In this document: positions 11,606 to 25,240 of the stretch, one piece after another
How the letters are laid out: each line of letters starts with the position of its first letter
Numbering within the stretch: position 1 is the first letter of the stretch
Source of the DNA: the human T2T-CHM13v2.0 reference genome, Homo sapiens
Assembly (NCBI RefSeq): GCF_009914755.1
Contig: NC_060931.1
Length of the DNA stretch: 64,000 nt
Strand: one strand, 5' to 3'
Notes under the pieces: generated by a model
What the model saw: only the letters and a program-made list of their open reading frames with translations
Databases searched by the model: none
Told to the model about the DNA's origin: nothing
Position numbers and translations under genes: made by a program

Positions 11606-13450
11606 CCTAAATAGCCTTTCCTGATCTCAATCTTTACCATAGACCTTATTTGTCATTATTTATCTTTCTTCCTTGGTTTAGAATGAACAATAAGCATTTA
11701 TGAAATGGAATGGTCCTAAACAATCAAACTCTGAAATGGGATTCTTAATTCCACTTAATTGAGGTCTTTTAGTATGATATGTTAGTAAACATGACCCTTT
11801 AAGTAAATCACATATTGGGAGTGGTCTTGAATAAATTATTTAACATTTCTTTGGCATCAAGCCTACTAAAGTCATCACAAGATATGCCTTAAAGGATTTT
11901 CTTCTGTTGGCTTTGGAATTTTTTTTTTTTTTCAGTTAACGTGTTGTTTTCTTAGAATGCATTCTTCCAGAGGACAACTGTAAACTCTGAGTGAGGCTTA
12001 GAACAGTTCACTCCCACCTGGGTGCCTATTGACATTATTCGATGTGGGTGATGAATTGCTTGACGTGTGGCCCATGAAGATGGGAGAATACAGTAGAGAA
12101 AGACATGCACAATCAAGTCTGCCTTTTGTAGCAATGGCAATGGGTCATGGCTGCATTTTAAAGAGAAGGGGAACATTACTTTTCCATTTAAAAGTACAAA
12201 ACTGTGACTCATGCTGGAATTGGTCCAGAATGTTGGTCAAATAACCAGATTGACAACTAAAGCTAAAAAAATAGGGTAGAAAGCTGGAATGCAAGGACGG
12301 ACATATAGGAAGCTTAAATTCATTAGAAAAATGTGAACAAGTTAGAGAAAAAGAATCAGAAAAACAGAGAGTGTAACATAAAAAAAAAATGAAGAAGGGC
12401 CTTTAAAATGCCTCTCCTGATTTCCTTAGATAATCCTAGGAACATCAAACTCCCTACCCAGCAAATTAATGGGATAGCCAAAGAAAACCAACCCCTCCTT
12501 GTAAACAAAGTGGAAATTTCCTTCTTTCCAAAAGGGCCCCAGGCCCAGCCATAGAGGAAGCAAAGAGGCGAAAACATATTTCTGCCTGAAATGACCTCCT
12601 ATTTTAAGAAAAAACAACAGCCCCAAAAGAAGGAAAGAAAAAACAAAGCTCCACCCAGAAGGAAATTGTATGTAAACAGCCCAAAAAGAGACCAAGACCT
12701 AGAGGGTTGGAATACTGAAATAAGCTATGAGTGAAAGGCATGATTAGCCTCTGACAATGTCAGAATCTGAACTTTGTGACAACTGCTTGGTGATTGACAA
12801 AAAGGGGTTGGGGGTGGGAGGAACTAGACAAAAGCAAGCTGGTTGAAAAGTCCCCTCTGCAGCATGGAAACTTTGATCTTTGAAGTTTGCCTGTTTTTTC
12901 AGGCCTCTGCTAGTGTGTAACCCAGGGAAGATCAGCAACCACGAAATGTTGGCTATAATTTTCTGCAATTTGTCACATGCCCTCTGCAAGCCCTGGTGAG
13001 ATGGTTTTCTTTTGTTTTTAAGCTGCGGATAGTGGCAAGGTGGTTCAGGCAAGACAAGAGCAAAGTGAAATCTTCCTTCAATTCTCCTAAGCCTGGAGGC
13101 TACATTAACAAGCAGATGTCTTTTTATTTTTTTCCGCATATGTATTTTGTTTGGCTTACGTGGCATTAATTTCTCCCCCTCTTTTTGGATTCAGCATTTA
13201 AAAATCAAGAGATTTCAAGTAAAAATTTGGTTTTATTTACTCTTAAAAAATCTGGTGATACAAGCCCACGATTCCTGCAGGATAACATCTTCTGAAGCTG
13301 AGCACCTACTGCCCTGTTCTGGTAGGGCATGTACTTGACATTCTTCCTGCTCCCATTCCGCTGGCTCCACTTGCTTTTGCCACCTGTTTGTCCTGCCTGT
13401 GGGAATTTATGTTGACTTCTTTTCTTAAAAATAATTAATTAATTAATTAA

Positions 13451-13743
<293 letters not shown>

Positions 13744-13801
13744 GTGTTGGGTTCTAACCTGACCCATATACATCTTTAGGGCTATCCTCTGTTTAATCCA
13801 G

Positions 13802-13852
13802 GATGGCATCAGCCTGCCAAGAAAGATTCTAAGGCTGTTCTGGGCTTGGCAG
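13802..13852 (+). other. Candidate 51-nt exon
   Basis: Acceptor cctctgtttaatccag| and perfect donor CAG|GTGAGT; length is a multiple of 3 and frame 0 is open (DGISLPRKILRLFWAWQ), with no recognisable homology. Confidence 0.25.
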
Positions 13853-14258
13853 GTGAGTTATAATTGGTTTCTGATGTTCTCTGGGCACAGAGGGAGTGCG
13901 TGGCAGCACATATGCCCTGCATCTACACGGTATGATTAGTTAGATCTCTGGCTTAATCCTGTTTTAACCTTGTCTTTAAATAGTCTTAGCGTGCCTTTTC
14001 TACAAACATTCTTGAAATCTGGTTGTGTTTATTTTCTCTCAAAACCTCTAAACACAATGAGATTCCATATGGAATCTCGTAGACTTTCTAGAAATCTCAG
14101 TATGTCCAGCCTCTTTTCAGGAACACTCAACTGCTCTATAAGCAGCTCTTGGTATAATACCAACAAAACCCCAAGTACGTGAGAAGGAATGCATTGATTA
14201 GTAGTAGCACATGTTTTAAGATGGTGTGTGAAGCAGTAGCCACTACTGTGGCCTCCGC

Positions 14259-14259
<1 letters not shown>

Positions 14260-14322
<63 letters not shown>

Positions 14323-14380
14323 GTCTTATCTATCCATCCATCCACCCGTTTTTGTTTGTTTGTTTGTTTGTTTGTTTTTT
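14260..14380. repeat. Compound tetranucleotide STR (TCTG)n(TCTA)n...(TCCA)n followed by (TTTG)n
   Basis: Direct reading of the sequence. Confidence 0.95.
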
Positions 14381-16924
14381 AGCCATCTTTTGGGACTCCC
14401 AGATGCCTGTCATAGGAATGAGGCCTGCAGGTATTCTCACCTCTTCTGTAAGCGGCTTTCACATCCTCATTATAGTTCCCTACCTATTGCCCCTTGGCCA
14501 GCCCCTCCATTTCAGTAGAAGCCAGTATGTAACAACACTTTCACACAAAATGGCCTGCCAGAAGTCCAGAGGCGGGAACCTCGGTGAGCTGCTTTTCAAA
14601 GGTCTCCGACCCTTAAATGAAACCTCTTTGGTGCTTTTAGGGATTCTGTTGTTGGAGCCACAAGGACCCTTAAGAAAAATACTTGGAGCCAGCTGGTCCC
14701 TGCCATCATTGAAACCCAAAGGGAGGAGCTCCACGGGTGAGGAGCTACTCCCTAGATGTCTTGAAGTTGCTTGTATTTCAAAAGAATTCAGCTTACCACC
14801 ACTGTGGCTTTTAGCCTCTCTAATAAAGCAGTTTTTAAAAAGCTAAAAACGTAATCTGCCTTTTAAATCTGCTCTTCCTGCTGAGTCTAAATGGGGTTGC
14901 AGCAAAATGCCTGGCCAGCATTAGAGTTCTCTAAAGTCAATCAGCTGAAATGGGGTTGCTTGGGGGTTTAAAATATATTTGAAAACACTCCAGGGGTGGT
15001 GCAAAATAACTGAACAAAGGCGAATTACATGAAAGAAAGAAGCAGGTGGAGGTTTATAAAGCAAAAGAATCACTTGTATATTTTGGAAATATTAGAAACT
15101 GAGACAGGCTTGCTGACCTTAGAAGTTCATCTATCTGATCATAAAAATGTTTTTCATTTGACATTAGAAAAATATTATGCTAATGAAGATGGTTTCAAAT
15201 ACACACCCAGAAATAGCCAAGGGTATACCTGAAAAATACCCAGGTACCCAAATAGGAACTGAGGCTAAAACATGTAACAGGTGAGGAGGTGCATTACTGG
15301 GATGTTTTCTCAGTAGCTTTGAGTAAGGCAGCATCATGCATTTTCTTCATTTTAATGAAAAGGTGGAAGAGTTCTCTTAAAAGTTGACTTTTTTTGTGAG
15401 GCAAATTCTTGTTTTGTATCTCATGGAAAAAAATCAAGATTAAAATTACCACGGGAAAAGAAATCTATAGATGATAAATTGAAGTATTTTTATGAAGACA
15501 AGATTAACATTGCAGCATGCACTGCATTATACCCTTAATATGTTCCTGAAAGGTAACATCTATGGATTAAGGCCACTTAGAATAAGAATGACCAATGGGA
15601 AATAAGTGTAAAATGTGAATTCTGCAACAAAAATACAACATATCTGAGAGGGCAAGTTTTGCTAACCCCCCACCCGCAGGGACATTTCTCTAAGGCACTA
15701 TGAAAAGAACAAGACCAGTTTCCCAGTAAATTTGCTGGTCGGATTATATGTGCTGCTTTAAAGTTTTACTTGGCCAAACTGGATTCCACACTTAGGAGAG
15801 AGGATGATAATTTAGCAGTGTAAAATATACTGCCAACAAATAAATCTCTATGCAAGAGGGTCTTTGACATTGCTCTTCCTATACTTTACTCCATGTGGAA
15901 TATATAGAGTGGATAAAATTGCCAGAATTTCTTGTTCTCTTTGTCGGATAATGAATTGAAGGCATAAACTTGAAAATATAGCTTCTGCCAGCACACAATT
16001 TCTTGTTACCCTTTGAAGGCCAGTGTGTGTGCTGAAAGAAATGCCTCAGAACACTTGAGAAGGTGGATGCATATGAGTAAATTGCAAGGGATTGGAGGCA
16101 TTGGTTTGGATAAGAATGGAAAAATTCAGATATTTTGCCAAGCAGTTCCAAACAACTTTGATCTGGATATCTCAGGAGAATGAACTTGTGCCATTCCAGC
16201 ATTTTCTGGTTTTGGCCAGGCAAAGCATATAGTAAAGAAATAAATACAAAATAAAACCCAAAGTTTTTAATGGGTTTTTAGAACTTCCACTTCTGGCTGC
16301 AAATGGTAGACAAAAGGCAAATAGATATTGTTTTAAAAATGCTAAGCCAGGCTTTTTCTAACCTCAAAAAAACATTGGGGTTTGATGAGGTTCAGATTTG
16401 GGGCAAGTTTCAGGATAGTGTTTGTTCTAGCAACTTCCTTCCCATCTCTGTGGAAAGTCTGTTAGAGTTTGTTGTGGTTCTGGAAGCCACACTCTGAAGG
16501 CTCTAGGCTGGGGCATCCAATCTGCTATTTGTGCCTCTGCCCACGCTTCCTTCGCTGTGTTTCTTGGAACTGGGCTTTCCTCCACTGCAGGAACTTGTAC
16601 ATGACTGAGAGGAGCCCAGACCCCTTCTCCTCCAAACTTTGATGGTGGAGCCTCTGCTTACTTCCCACCTCCAAGAATCTCCAGCGTGTCCTGGGCCCCA
16701 GTGCCTTGAGATGGGTGGCTGTCCAATTCCTGCCTTTAGCTGAGCTTCATTCCACTGCTCTAAGCCTTACCTTGGGTCTGGGGGGATTTCTTATGTTCAA
16801 CCAGCAGGTTCTTTTGGTTGTATCATTCATTCAGCTCTGGAAATCCACTGCTTTCTGGGATATATCTTCTAGAAGGAAAAATTATGATGTCTGCTGTGAA
16901 ATAAAAGGGGGACCAAAAGAAAAT

Positions 16925-17225
16925 TAATATTTTGTGAGAATCTAGTATGTTCTAGGCACTGTACTAGATGCTTTATATTATATTTCACTTAAAGTTCACA
17001 TTAATATACTGGTATATAACTCATGTTGTCTTGAAGATCAAAAGAGATCATTCACATAAAACACCTTGTACAGGGCACACAGTAAGGACTCAGTGAATTA
17101 TTATTATTTCTTAAATTCCTTCCTAGGAAGGAACTTATTAATCTCTGCCTTTTAGTTAGGGTCTCCAACAAGGTCTTGCTATTTATAGGGCTTGATAAAT
17201 GTTTGTTGAATGACTGAATGAATGG
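16925..17225. mobile_element. MIR and L2 fragments
   Basis: gtatgttctaggcactgtactagatgcttt; aaacaccttgtacagggcacacagtaaggactcagtgaat; gataaatgtttgttgaatgactgaatgaatg. Confidence 0.55.
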
Positions 17226-17659
17226 ACTTTGCCAGAAGTATCTTACTACTATTGTTGATCTTCTGGTTAACAAGATATGATTTAATAAGTTAATTTATGT
17301 CTCTTTATAAAACCATAGTTTTGAGGAATCTGATATCAAAATTGTCCAGATAAGGCAACAATTTACCCTTATTTTATCTTTGTTTATTTTTCTTCATTTT
17401 ACATTATTAGCCCTAAATTCTAATGAGCTGTATACTTCTTACGCTTGGATGAAATACAAACATATTACTTAGATATCATTGTTTGATAAACCCAATCAGA
17501 AAATGCAATGTTTTGCAGACATAGAAACTAGCTTAAAATCAAGCCATGGGAATACAAAAGTAAGAGCGTGAGAAAACAGACTGCTTCTTGAATAAAAAAG
17601 GTAAATTATAATTGGGAAAGCCAATATAGGCAACTGTTGCAAGGACAGTAATACTTTAG

Positions 17660-17969
<310 letters not shown>

Positions 17970-19426
17970 TGGAATGCAATTCTTAACTGTAAATGGGGTA
18001 ACATAGAATAATAGAAAAGGTTGAATCTTTGAATCTCTAGCACTTCACCTCTCTGAACCACAGTTTCCTCATCTGTGAAATGAAGTCATGTAAGGTGATC
18101 TCTAAGACCTTCTGGCCTTAACACTAACATTGTATGATTTTTATTTAATAATAACAACATACATTTATATAGCTCTTTAAGCCTTCATAAACTCTTTCAT
18201 ATTGCCCTATTTAATACAGGGCTATTTCACTAGTAGGTACACATAGAATATTTGAGAAAGAAGAAATACAAAAGCCTAATATATATATTATTTATAAAAA
18301 TGTGATTCACTCAAATCTGTTGAATAGTCAATCACAAATGTCAGAATTTAACTTATTACTTAGACTCCCAGAATATGAGAATGAAAGGATCTCAGAAACC
18401 ATGTAGTCACCTTCTTCATCATGGATGATGAAAGGTTTAAGAATAGGGCCATGGTGGCTTGGCTCCATGCTGAGATCTTCAGACCTCCAAATGGGTGCTC
18501 ATCACATGACATCAATTTCACTGTATTGCTTGCTTGCTTGATTATACCGACAGTCCCATGCAACCCAGGCAATCTCCTTTGCAAAACAGAGAAATAAAAG
18601 TAATGATGAAAATATTAAGAGTCAAAGAATAATTTTGCTAAAAAAATGTTTAAGAAACATAAGTGATTGCTGCTTAGTATCATTTTTGTCTTACCAAGAT
18701 TCTGGATAATTTATCATTTACAATCAAGATAAAAACCTAATCTTTATGTTTCTTTTTTTTTTTGCCTCTTTTCTCCCCACAATCTACTCCAATAATGTTT
18801 AGTATTTACATCTTTACCTACATTTTCTTGAACATACGTGGTAACTCACTTTGTAAAATGGATTATAGAATTCTGTTTGTTCTAATAAATTAAATATTAA
18901 TTTTAGAAATTTTTAAAGACTATTGTCACACTAGTTCTGAATCTATCCTCCAGAAAGGCAATGCTAGGGATCAGAACTTTTTAATCCTTCATTTATTTTT
19001 GTGCTAGAAAACTAACATAGTTTTATGTACTGACGTTTAAAGTTTGAATGGCACATTAGTGTGATTTTCAAGATTTCAACATAAGCATCTATTTCATATT
19101 TTTAAAAAGACTGTAAAATTACTTCTCCTTTTGGGTATGATGTATTCTCATTGCAGCTTGGAGTTTCTGTTTAAAAAAGTCTTTTGTAGAATTCATGTGC
19201 CAAATATCAAACGAGGTGTCAAACTTTGTAAAAATACAAAGAAATTAGTGCTTTCAATTTTATTAGCATATAGAAGCAGAAATCCTGTGGCATGCATTTG
19301 AATAGTAAAAACTTTACAGAGGTATTTATGCAAGAGACATTTATCAACTCTCTAGAATGTACAAATCATCAGGCTGGGTGCTGTGAGAGATTACTTCTAC
19401 TTAAAGCTTATTATGATCGAGTACAT

Positions 19427-19760
19427 CAGGGGTCAACAACATTTTTTGTAAAGGGGCAGATGGTGAATATTTTTTGCTTTGCAGGCCATGTAATCTCTGT
19501 ACTCAGAGCTGGTACTGTAGAATGAAAGCAAGCGTAGACAGTATGTTGTAAGAGAATGACAGTAACCATAAACTAATACAGCTTTCTGAGTGGACACTGA
19601 AACTTAAGTGTCGAACTATTTTCATGTCTCACAAACTATTATTCTTGTTTTAACTTTTTTCAACCATTTAAAATGTAAAAAACAATTCTTAGTTTGTGGG
19701 CCACACAAAAACAAGCAGTGGGCCAAATTTGGCCTGCAGGACATAGTTTACTGACCTCTG
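19427..19760 (+). mobile_element. MER58(B)-like hAT-Charlie MITE
   Basis: Terminal inverted repeats caggggtcaacaac ... gtttactgacctctg; internal aaggggcagatggtgaatattt and gtgggccaaatttggcctgcagg; degenerate 8-bp TSD gagtacat/tagtagat. Confidence 0.85.
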
Positions 19761-19904
19761 TAGTAGATGTGTATTGAAACAAAGTAGAACACATGGGATA
19801 ACATGGCATGATGGCGGGAACATACACTGTGAGAGTATAAAATAGGACAAATTAATTAGGAAAGGCTGTAATGCTAATATCTTATGGAGATGATAATTTT
19901 GTTT

Positions 19905-21600
19905 CCATTTTTTCTGAAATGAGATTCATATAACATAAAATTTACCATTTAAAAATGAACAGTGGCACTTAGTATTTTCACAGTGTTGTGCAACTGCCAC
20001 ATTTACCTAGTTCTAAAACATTTCCATCAGACGGAATTATCCCAAAGGAAAACCCTGTACCCATTTGGCAGTTGCTCCCCATTCCTGTCCCCCCACCAGT
20101 TGCTGGCAACTACCAATCTGCTTTCTGTTGCTACGAATTTACCTATTCTGAATATATAATATTTCATATAAATGGAATCATACAATATGTGATCTTTTGT
20201 GTCTGGCTTCTTTCATTTAACATAATGCTTTATAGATTCATTGATGTAGCATCTATCAGCACTTCATTTTTTCTGGCTGAGTCATATTCCCCTGTATGCG
20301 TATACCACATTTTGTCTGCCCATTCATGAGTTGATGGAAATTTGGCTTTTTTCAAAAGTTCCCCTATGAACATGCATGTACATTTATGCAGTTTTCAATT
20401 CTTTTTGATATATACCCAGAAGTGAAAATGCTGGGTCAAATGGTAATTCTATGTTTCATGTTTTGAGGAATCACAAAAGTGTTTTCTGCAATAGCTGAAC
20501 CATGTTGCATTCCCTCGCAACATATAAAAGTTTCAATTTCTCCACCTCCACAAGAGGAATTGTTATTTTTATTTTTTGAAATTATAGCTATCCTAGTGGG
20601 TGCAAAGTGGTATTTCACCGTGGTTTTGATTTGCATTTTCCTGATGGTTAGTGATGTTGGGCATTTTGTATATGTTTGTTGGTCATTCTATATCTTCTTT
20701 TGAGAAATGTCTATTCAAATCTTTTGCCCATTTTAAAATTGGATTATTTGGTTTCTTTGCTATTAAGTTGTTTGAATTCCTTATGTATTATGGATATTAA
20801 CCCCTTGCCAGGTGCATAGTTCGCAAATATTTTCTCCCATTCTGTACATTGTCTCTTCACTCTGTTAATTGTTTCATTTGCTGTACAGAAGCTTTTTAGT
20901 TTGATGCAATACCATTTGTCTATTTTTGCTTTTGTTGTCTGTGCTTTTGAAGTTCTATCCAAAAAGTCCTTGCCCAGACTAATGTCATGAAATAGTTCCC
21001 TTACATTTTCATATAGTAGTTTCATAATTTCAGGTATTGTATTTAAGCCTTAATCCATTTTGAGTTGATTTTTTGTACATGGTGAGAGATGGGGGTCTAT
21101 TTTCTTTTTCTTTTTTCTTTTTTTTTTTGCATTTGTATATTCTGTTTCCCTAGCACCATTTATTGAAGACGCTGTCTTTTCCTCAATGTGTGTTCTTGGA
21201 ACCTTTGTTGAAAATCAGTTGGCTGTAAATGGATGGATTTATTTTTGGGTTTCTATTCTGTTCTGTTGGTCTATGTGTTATGTGTTTGTTTTTATGCCAG
21301 AACCATGCTGTTTTGGTTACTATAGTTTTGTAGTGTATCTTGAAGTCACACAGTGTGATGCCTCCAGCTTTGTTCCTTTTGCTCAAGATTGTTTTGGCTA
21401 CTCAGGGTTTTTTGTGGTTTCACATGAAGCTTAGAATTTTTTTTTCTATTTCTATGAAGAATGTCATTGGTATTTTGATAGGGATTGCCCTGAATCTGTA
21501 GCTCACTATGGGTAGTATGGAGTCTTTTTACTCTTTTGATGGTGTTCTTTGATATATGAAGGTTTTTTAATCTTCATGAAATCCAGTTTTGTATTTCCTT
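19905..21600 (-). mobile_element. L1 (L1MA/MB-type) 3' UTR and ORF2 3' region; possibly two L1 pieces joined near 21520
   Basis: ORFs 20436-20636, 20744-21025 and 21183-21386 translate to L1 ORF2 C-terminal peptides (IKLKSFCTANETINRVKRQ, NKAGGITL); L1MB-like 3' UTR near 19910. Confidence 0.92.
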
Positions 21601-21719
21601 CAGTGTCAGGTACATACTACTCTTAAAGGTCCATTTTAATATGGCGTATTAATAACAAAAGACGATGAAAACTAAATTACTAATTTTTATATGTTGTCTG
21701 GTTAGAATCTAAGAGAACT

Positions 21720-21925
21720 TCAATGGGAACATAATAGCTAATATATATGAAGCATTTACTATGTGTCAAGTCTGTGTTAAGTACTTGACATACATTATCT
21801 TATTTAATTCTTATAGCATCAACCACTAGGCACAGAGATGTTCAATGGCATTACAAGGTCACATAACTATTGCATGGAAAAGGCAGCATCCAACCAAGGC
21901 TGTCTGGCTCCATGACCTCATAACT
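21720..21925 (-). mobile_element. MIR SINE relic
   Basis: gcatttactatgtgtcaag...gttaagtacttgacatacattatcttatttaattc...aaggtcaca. Confidence 0.7.
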
Positions 21926-22426
21926 TTTTCAGGTTTCTATTTTGAATGTTTAGGTTTGGATACTCCATCTTGTGGCATATGTATAAAGAAGAGGCTAATG
22001 TTGACATCATGTACATGGTTGACATATAGAGGAATAGGAAATTGAGTTTGGCATTTCAGAAATACCAAGTAAGGGAAAACCAAATCACACCAAATCTTTT
22101 AGGTAATTTGTCAATAAGGAAAAGCTCTGGTTGTGTCATTCATTTGTCCAAATTTCTTCTATGACTTAGACAATGTCTTCTGAATAATGAAGAAACAGTA
22201 TTAACGAAATATAATATGTGGCAGTGCTTTTCAAAATGTTATTCTGTTAGAACTCTTCAAAGGAGGTACTGATATTTTAATTTTGCTAAAGAACTAGTTT
22301 CAAGGTTAGTCCATGAGACCCAGTGTGGATTTGAGCACAGGCTTGCACACCTGCCTCCCACAATTTCAAATGTTGAGCATATTCGCTGGCTCCTGGGTTC
22401 TCAGTGGATCGTTCCATCTGTATCTC

Positions 22427-22495
22427 TTTTACTCCCATTAGTGTTCAAGTTTTACTCCCATTAGTGTTCAAGTTTTACTCCCATTAGTGTTCAAG
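22427..22495. repeat. Perfect 23-bp minisatellite, 3 copies (ttttactcccattagtgttcaag)
   Basis: Three identical head-to-tail copies. Confidence 0.97.
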
Positions 22496-23079
22496 GTAGA
22501 CTATACCTTTTCCTATCGTCTCATGGCTTTGTTTTCTATATCTCTTTTGTGGGCAATTTTCTTTTCCAAATGTTTACTTATTCTTCAATGCATAATTGAT
22601 ACATCAATGTATCCTTTAAGTCTCTGATCTTCCCAAAAAGTATTCTTTCTCTCTTCTGAGCCTTCATTACATGTTCTGTCTTCAAACTGCCACATGACTA
22701 CATTTGTATGATCAGGTGTAAATTTTATCTCTCCTAATAAATCAAAATTCCATTAAAGTCCACATCTTACTTTAACCACATTTGTTTCTTTCACAATATC
22801 TGGTCCAGTGTCTTATATCTAATGGCTCTCTAGAAATAAGAAACAGCCTCCTCAACAAGGGCCAGGTTCTAGCCTAAACACCCAGATTTAGTTCTCAGTA
22901 AGAGCTATCTTCAGTGCAGTTTAAGAGAGTAATTGTTGTAATTGCATAATTATGTATATTTTGATAAGTTTGCAATAAAGTATTTATGAAATGTACTAAT
23001 TCATTCATTAAGCCATTCAACAACCACTTGTTGAATATGGATAAAACCACACATTCTTGTTTAAAGAAGCTTATAATTT

Positions 23080-23160
23080 TGTGTGTGTTTGTGTATGTGT
23101 GAGAGTGTGTGTGTGTGTGTGTGTAAGAGAGAAGAATAGAGGCAGAGAGAGAGAAAGAGA
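23080..23160. repeat. (TG)n/(AG)n microsatellite
   Basis: Direct reading of the sequence. Confidence 0.9.
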
Positions 23161-23164
23161 GGTT

Positions 23165-25240
23165 ACACAAGGCAGCAAAAGATCTCTACAAGGAAAACTA
23201 TAAAACACTGTTGAAATAAATCACAGACAACACAAACAAATAGAAAAACGTTCCATGCTTATAGATTGGGAGAATCAATATCATTAAAATGGCCAGTGTT
23301 AGGTCATTCTTGTGTTGCTGTCTAGAAATACTGGAGACTGGGTAGTTTATAAAGAAAAGAGGTTTAATTGGCTCATGGTTCTGCAGGCTATACAAGCATG
23401 GTGCCAGCGTCTCTTTGACTTCTGGGGAGGCCTCAGAGAGATTTGACTCATGGTGGAAGGCAAACCAGGAACAGGCATGTCATACAGCAAGAACAAGAGC
23501 AACGCAGGCTGGGGAGGTTACACACACTTTTAAACAACCAGATCTCATGAGAATTCACTCACTATAATGAGGACAGCACCAAGCTATGAGAAATCTGCCC
23601 CCAAGACCCAAACACCTCCCACCAGGCCCCGTTTCCAACATTGTGGATTATACTTTCATATGAGATTTGGGGGACAATATCCAAACTATATTATGGCCAT
23701 ACTGCTCAAATCAATCTACAGAGTCAGTGCTATTCTTATCAAACTATCATCATTTTTCACAGAATTAACAAACATTATTTTAAAATTCACATGGAACCAG
23801 AAAAGAACCCGAATAGCCAATGAAATCCTAAGTGAAAAGAACAAAGCTGTAGGCATCACATAATATGACTTCAAACTATACTGTAAGACTACAGTAACAA
23901 AAACAGAATGTTACTGGTACAAAAATAGACACATAGACCAATGGAACAGAATTTAAAAACCCAGAAATAAAGCCACACACCTAAAGCCATCTGATCTTTG
24001 GCAAAGTCAACAAGAATAAGCAATAGGGAAAGGACTCCCTATTCAATAAATGGTGCTGCGATAGCTGGCTAGCCATATGGAGAAGAATGAAACTGGGCCC
24101 CTGCCTTTCACCATATACAAGATGGATTACAGATTTAAATGCAAGACCTCAAACTATAAGAATTCCAGAAGAAAACCTAGGAAACATAATTCTGGACAGA
24201 GGCCTTGGGAAAGAAATTATGAGTAAGTCTTCAAAAGCAATTGCAATAAAATAAAAATTGATAAGTAGGACCTAATTAAACTAAAGAGCTTCTGCACAGC
24301 AAAAGAAACTATCAACAGTCAACAGACAACCTACAGAATGGCAGAAAATATGAGCAAAGTATATATTCAACAAAGGCCTAATACTCAGATTCTATAAGGA
24401 GCTTAAACAATTCAACAAACAAAAACTACATAACCCCATTAAAAACTGGGCAAAAGACATGTACAGGTACTTTTTCAAAAGAAGACATACAAGCAGCCAA
24501 CAAACATGAAAATGCTCATAATCACTAATCATCAGAGAAATGCAAATCAAAACCACAATGAGATACCATTTCACCATTCAGAGTGACTATTATTAAAAAG
24601 TCAAAAAACAGCAAAGGGAATCTGTATACACTGTTGGTGGAAATGTAAATTAGTTCAGCCACCGTGGAAAGCAGTTTGGAGATTTCTCAAAGAACTTAGA
24701 ATTACCAATTGACCCAGCAATCCTATTACTGGGTATATACCCAAAGGAAAACAAACTGTTCTACAAAAAAGACATATGCGTCTGTGTATTCATCATAGCA
24801 GTATTCACACGCAATAGTAAAGACGTGGAATCAACCTAGGTGGCCATTAACAGTGGGTTGGATAAAAAATGTGGTATATATACACAGTGGAATACTACAC
24901 AGCCATTAAAAAGTACAAAATCATGCCCTTTGAAGCAACATGGATGCAGCTGGAGGCCATTATCCTAACTGAACTAACACAGAAACAGAAAACCAAATAC
25001 CACATGTTCTCACTTATAAGTGGGAGCTAAACATTGGGTACACATGAACACAAAAATGGGAACAATAGACACTGAAGACTACTAGAGGGAGGAAAGAAGA
25101 AGAGGGGCAAGGGCTGAAGCTACCTATTGTGTACTATGCTCACTACCTGGATGATGGAATAATTCACACCCACAAACCTCAGCATCATGCAATATACCTG
25201 TGTAATAAACCTGCACATGTACCCCCTAAATCTAAAATAT
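23165..25240 (+). mobile_element. 5'-truncated L1 (L1PB/L1PA16-like): ORF2 3' third and 3' UTR
   Basis: gatctctacaaggaaaactataaaacactg; ttcaataaatggtgct; 3' UTR aaacctcagcatcatgcaatatac...aaacctgcacatgtacccc. Confidence 0.95.
23295..23693 (-). mobile_element. MST-family (MaLR) solo LTR inserted into L1
   Basis: aaagaaaagaggtttaattggctcatggttctgcaggct...tgagatttgggggaca...ccaaactatatta; 5-bp TSD TGGCC at 23290-23294 and 23694-23698 interrupting L1 aaaatggccatactg. Confidence 0.92.

Noticed and set aside
14352-14846. 164-codon ORF
   Set aside because: Starts within a (TTTG)n microsatellite at a non-ATG codon; no homology apparent.
18415-18432. 8-bp-stem palindrome ttcatcat-gg-atgatgaa
   Set aside because: Short enough to occur by chance in 64 kb; no supporting context.
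22427-22495. Direct repeats of CRISPR-like length (23 bp)
   Set aside because: No spacers, no cas genes and a primate context; it is a simple minisatellite.
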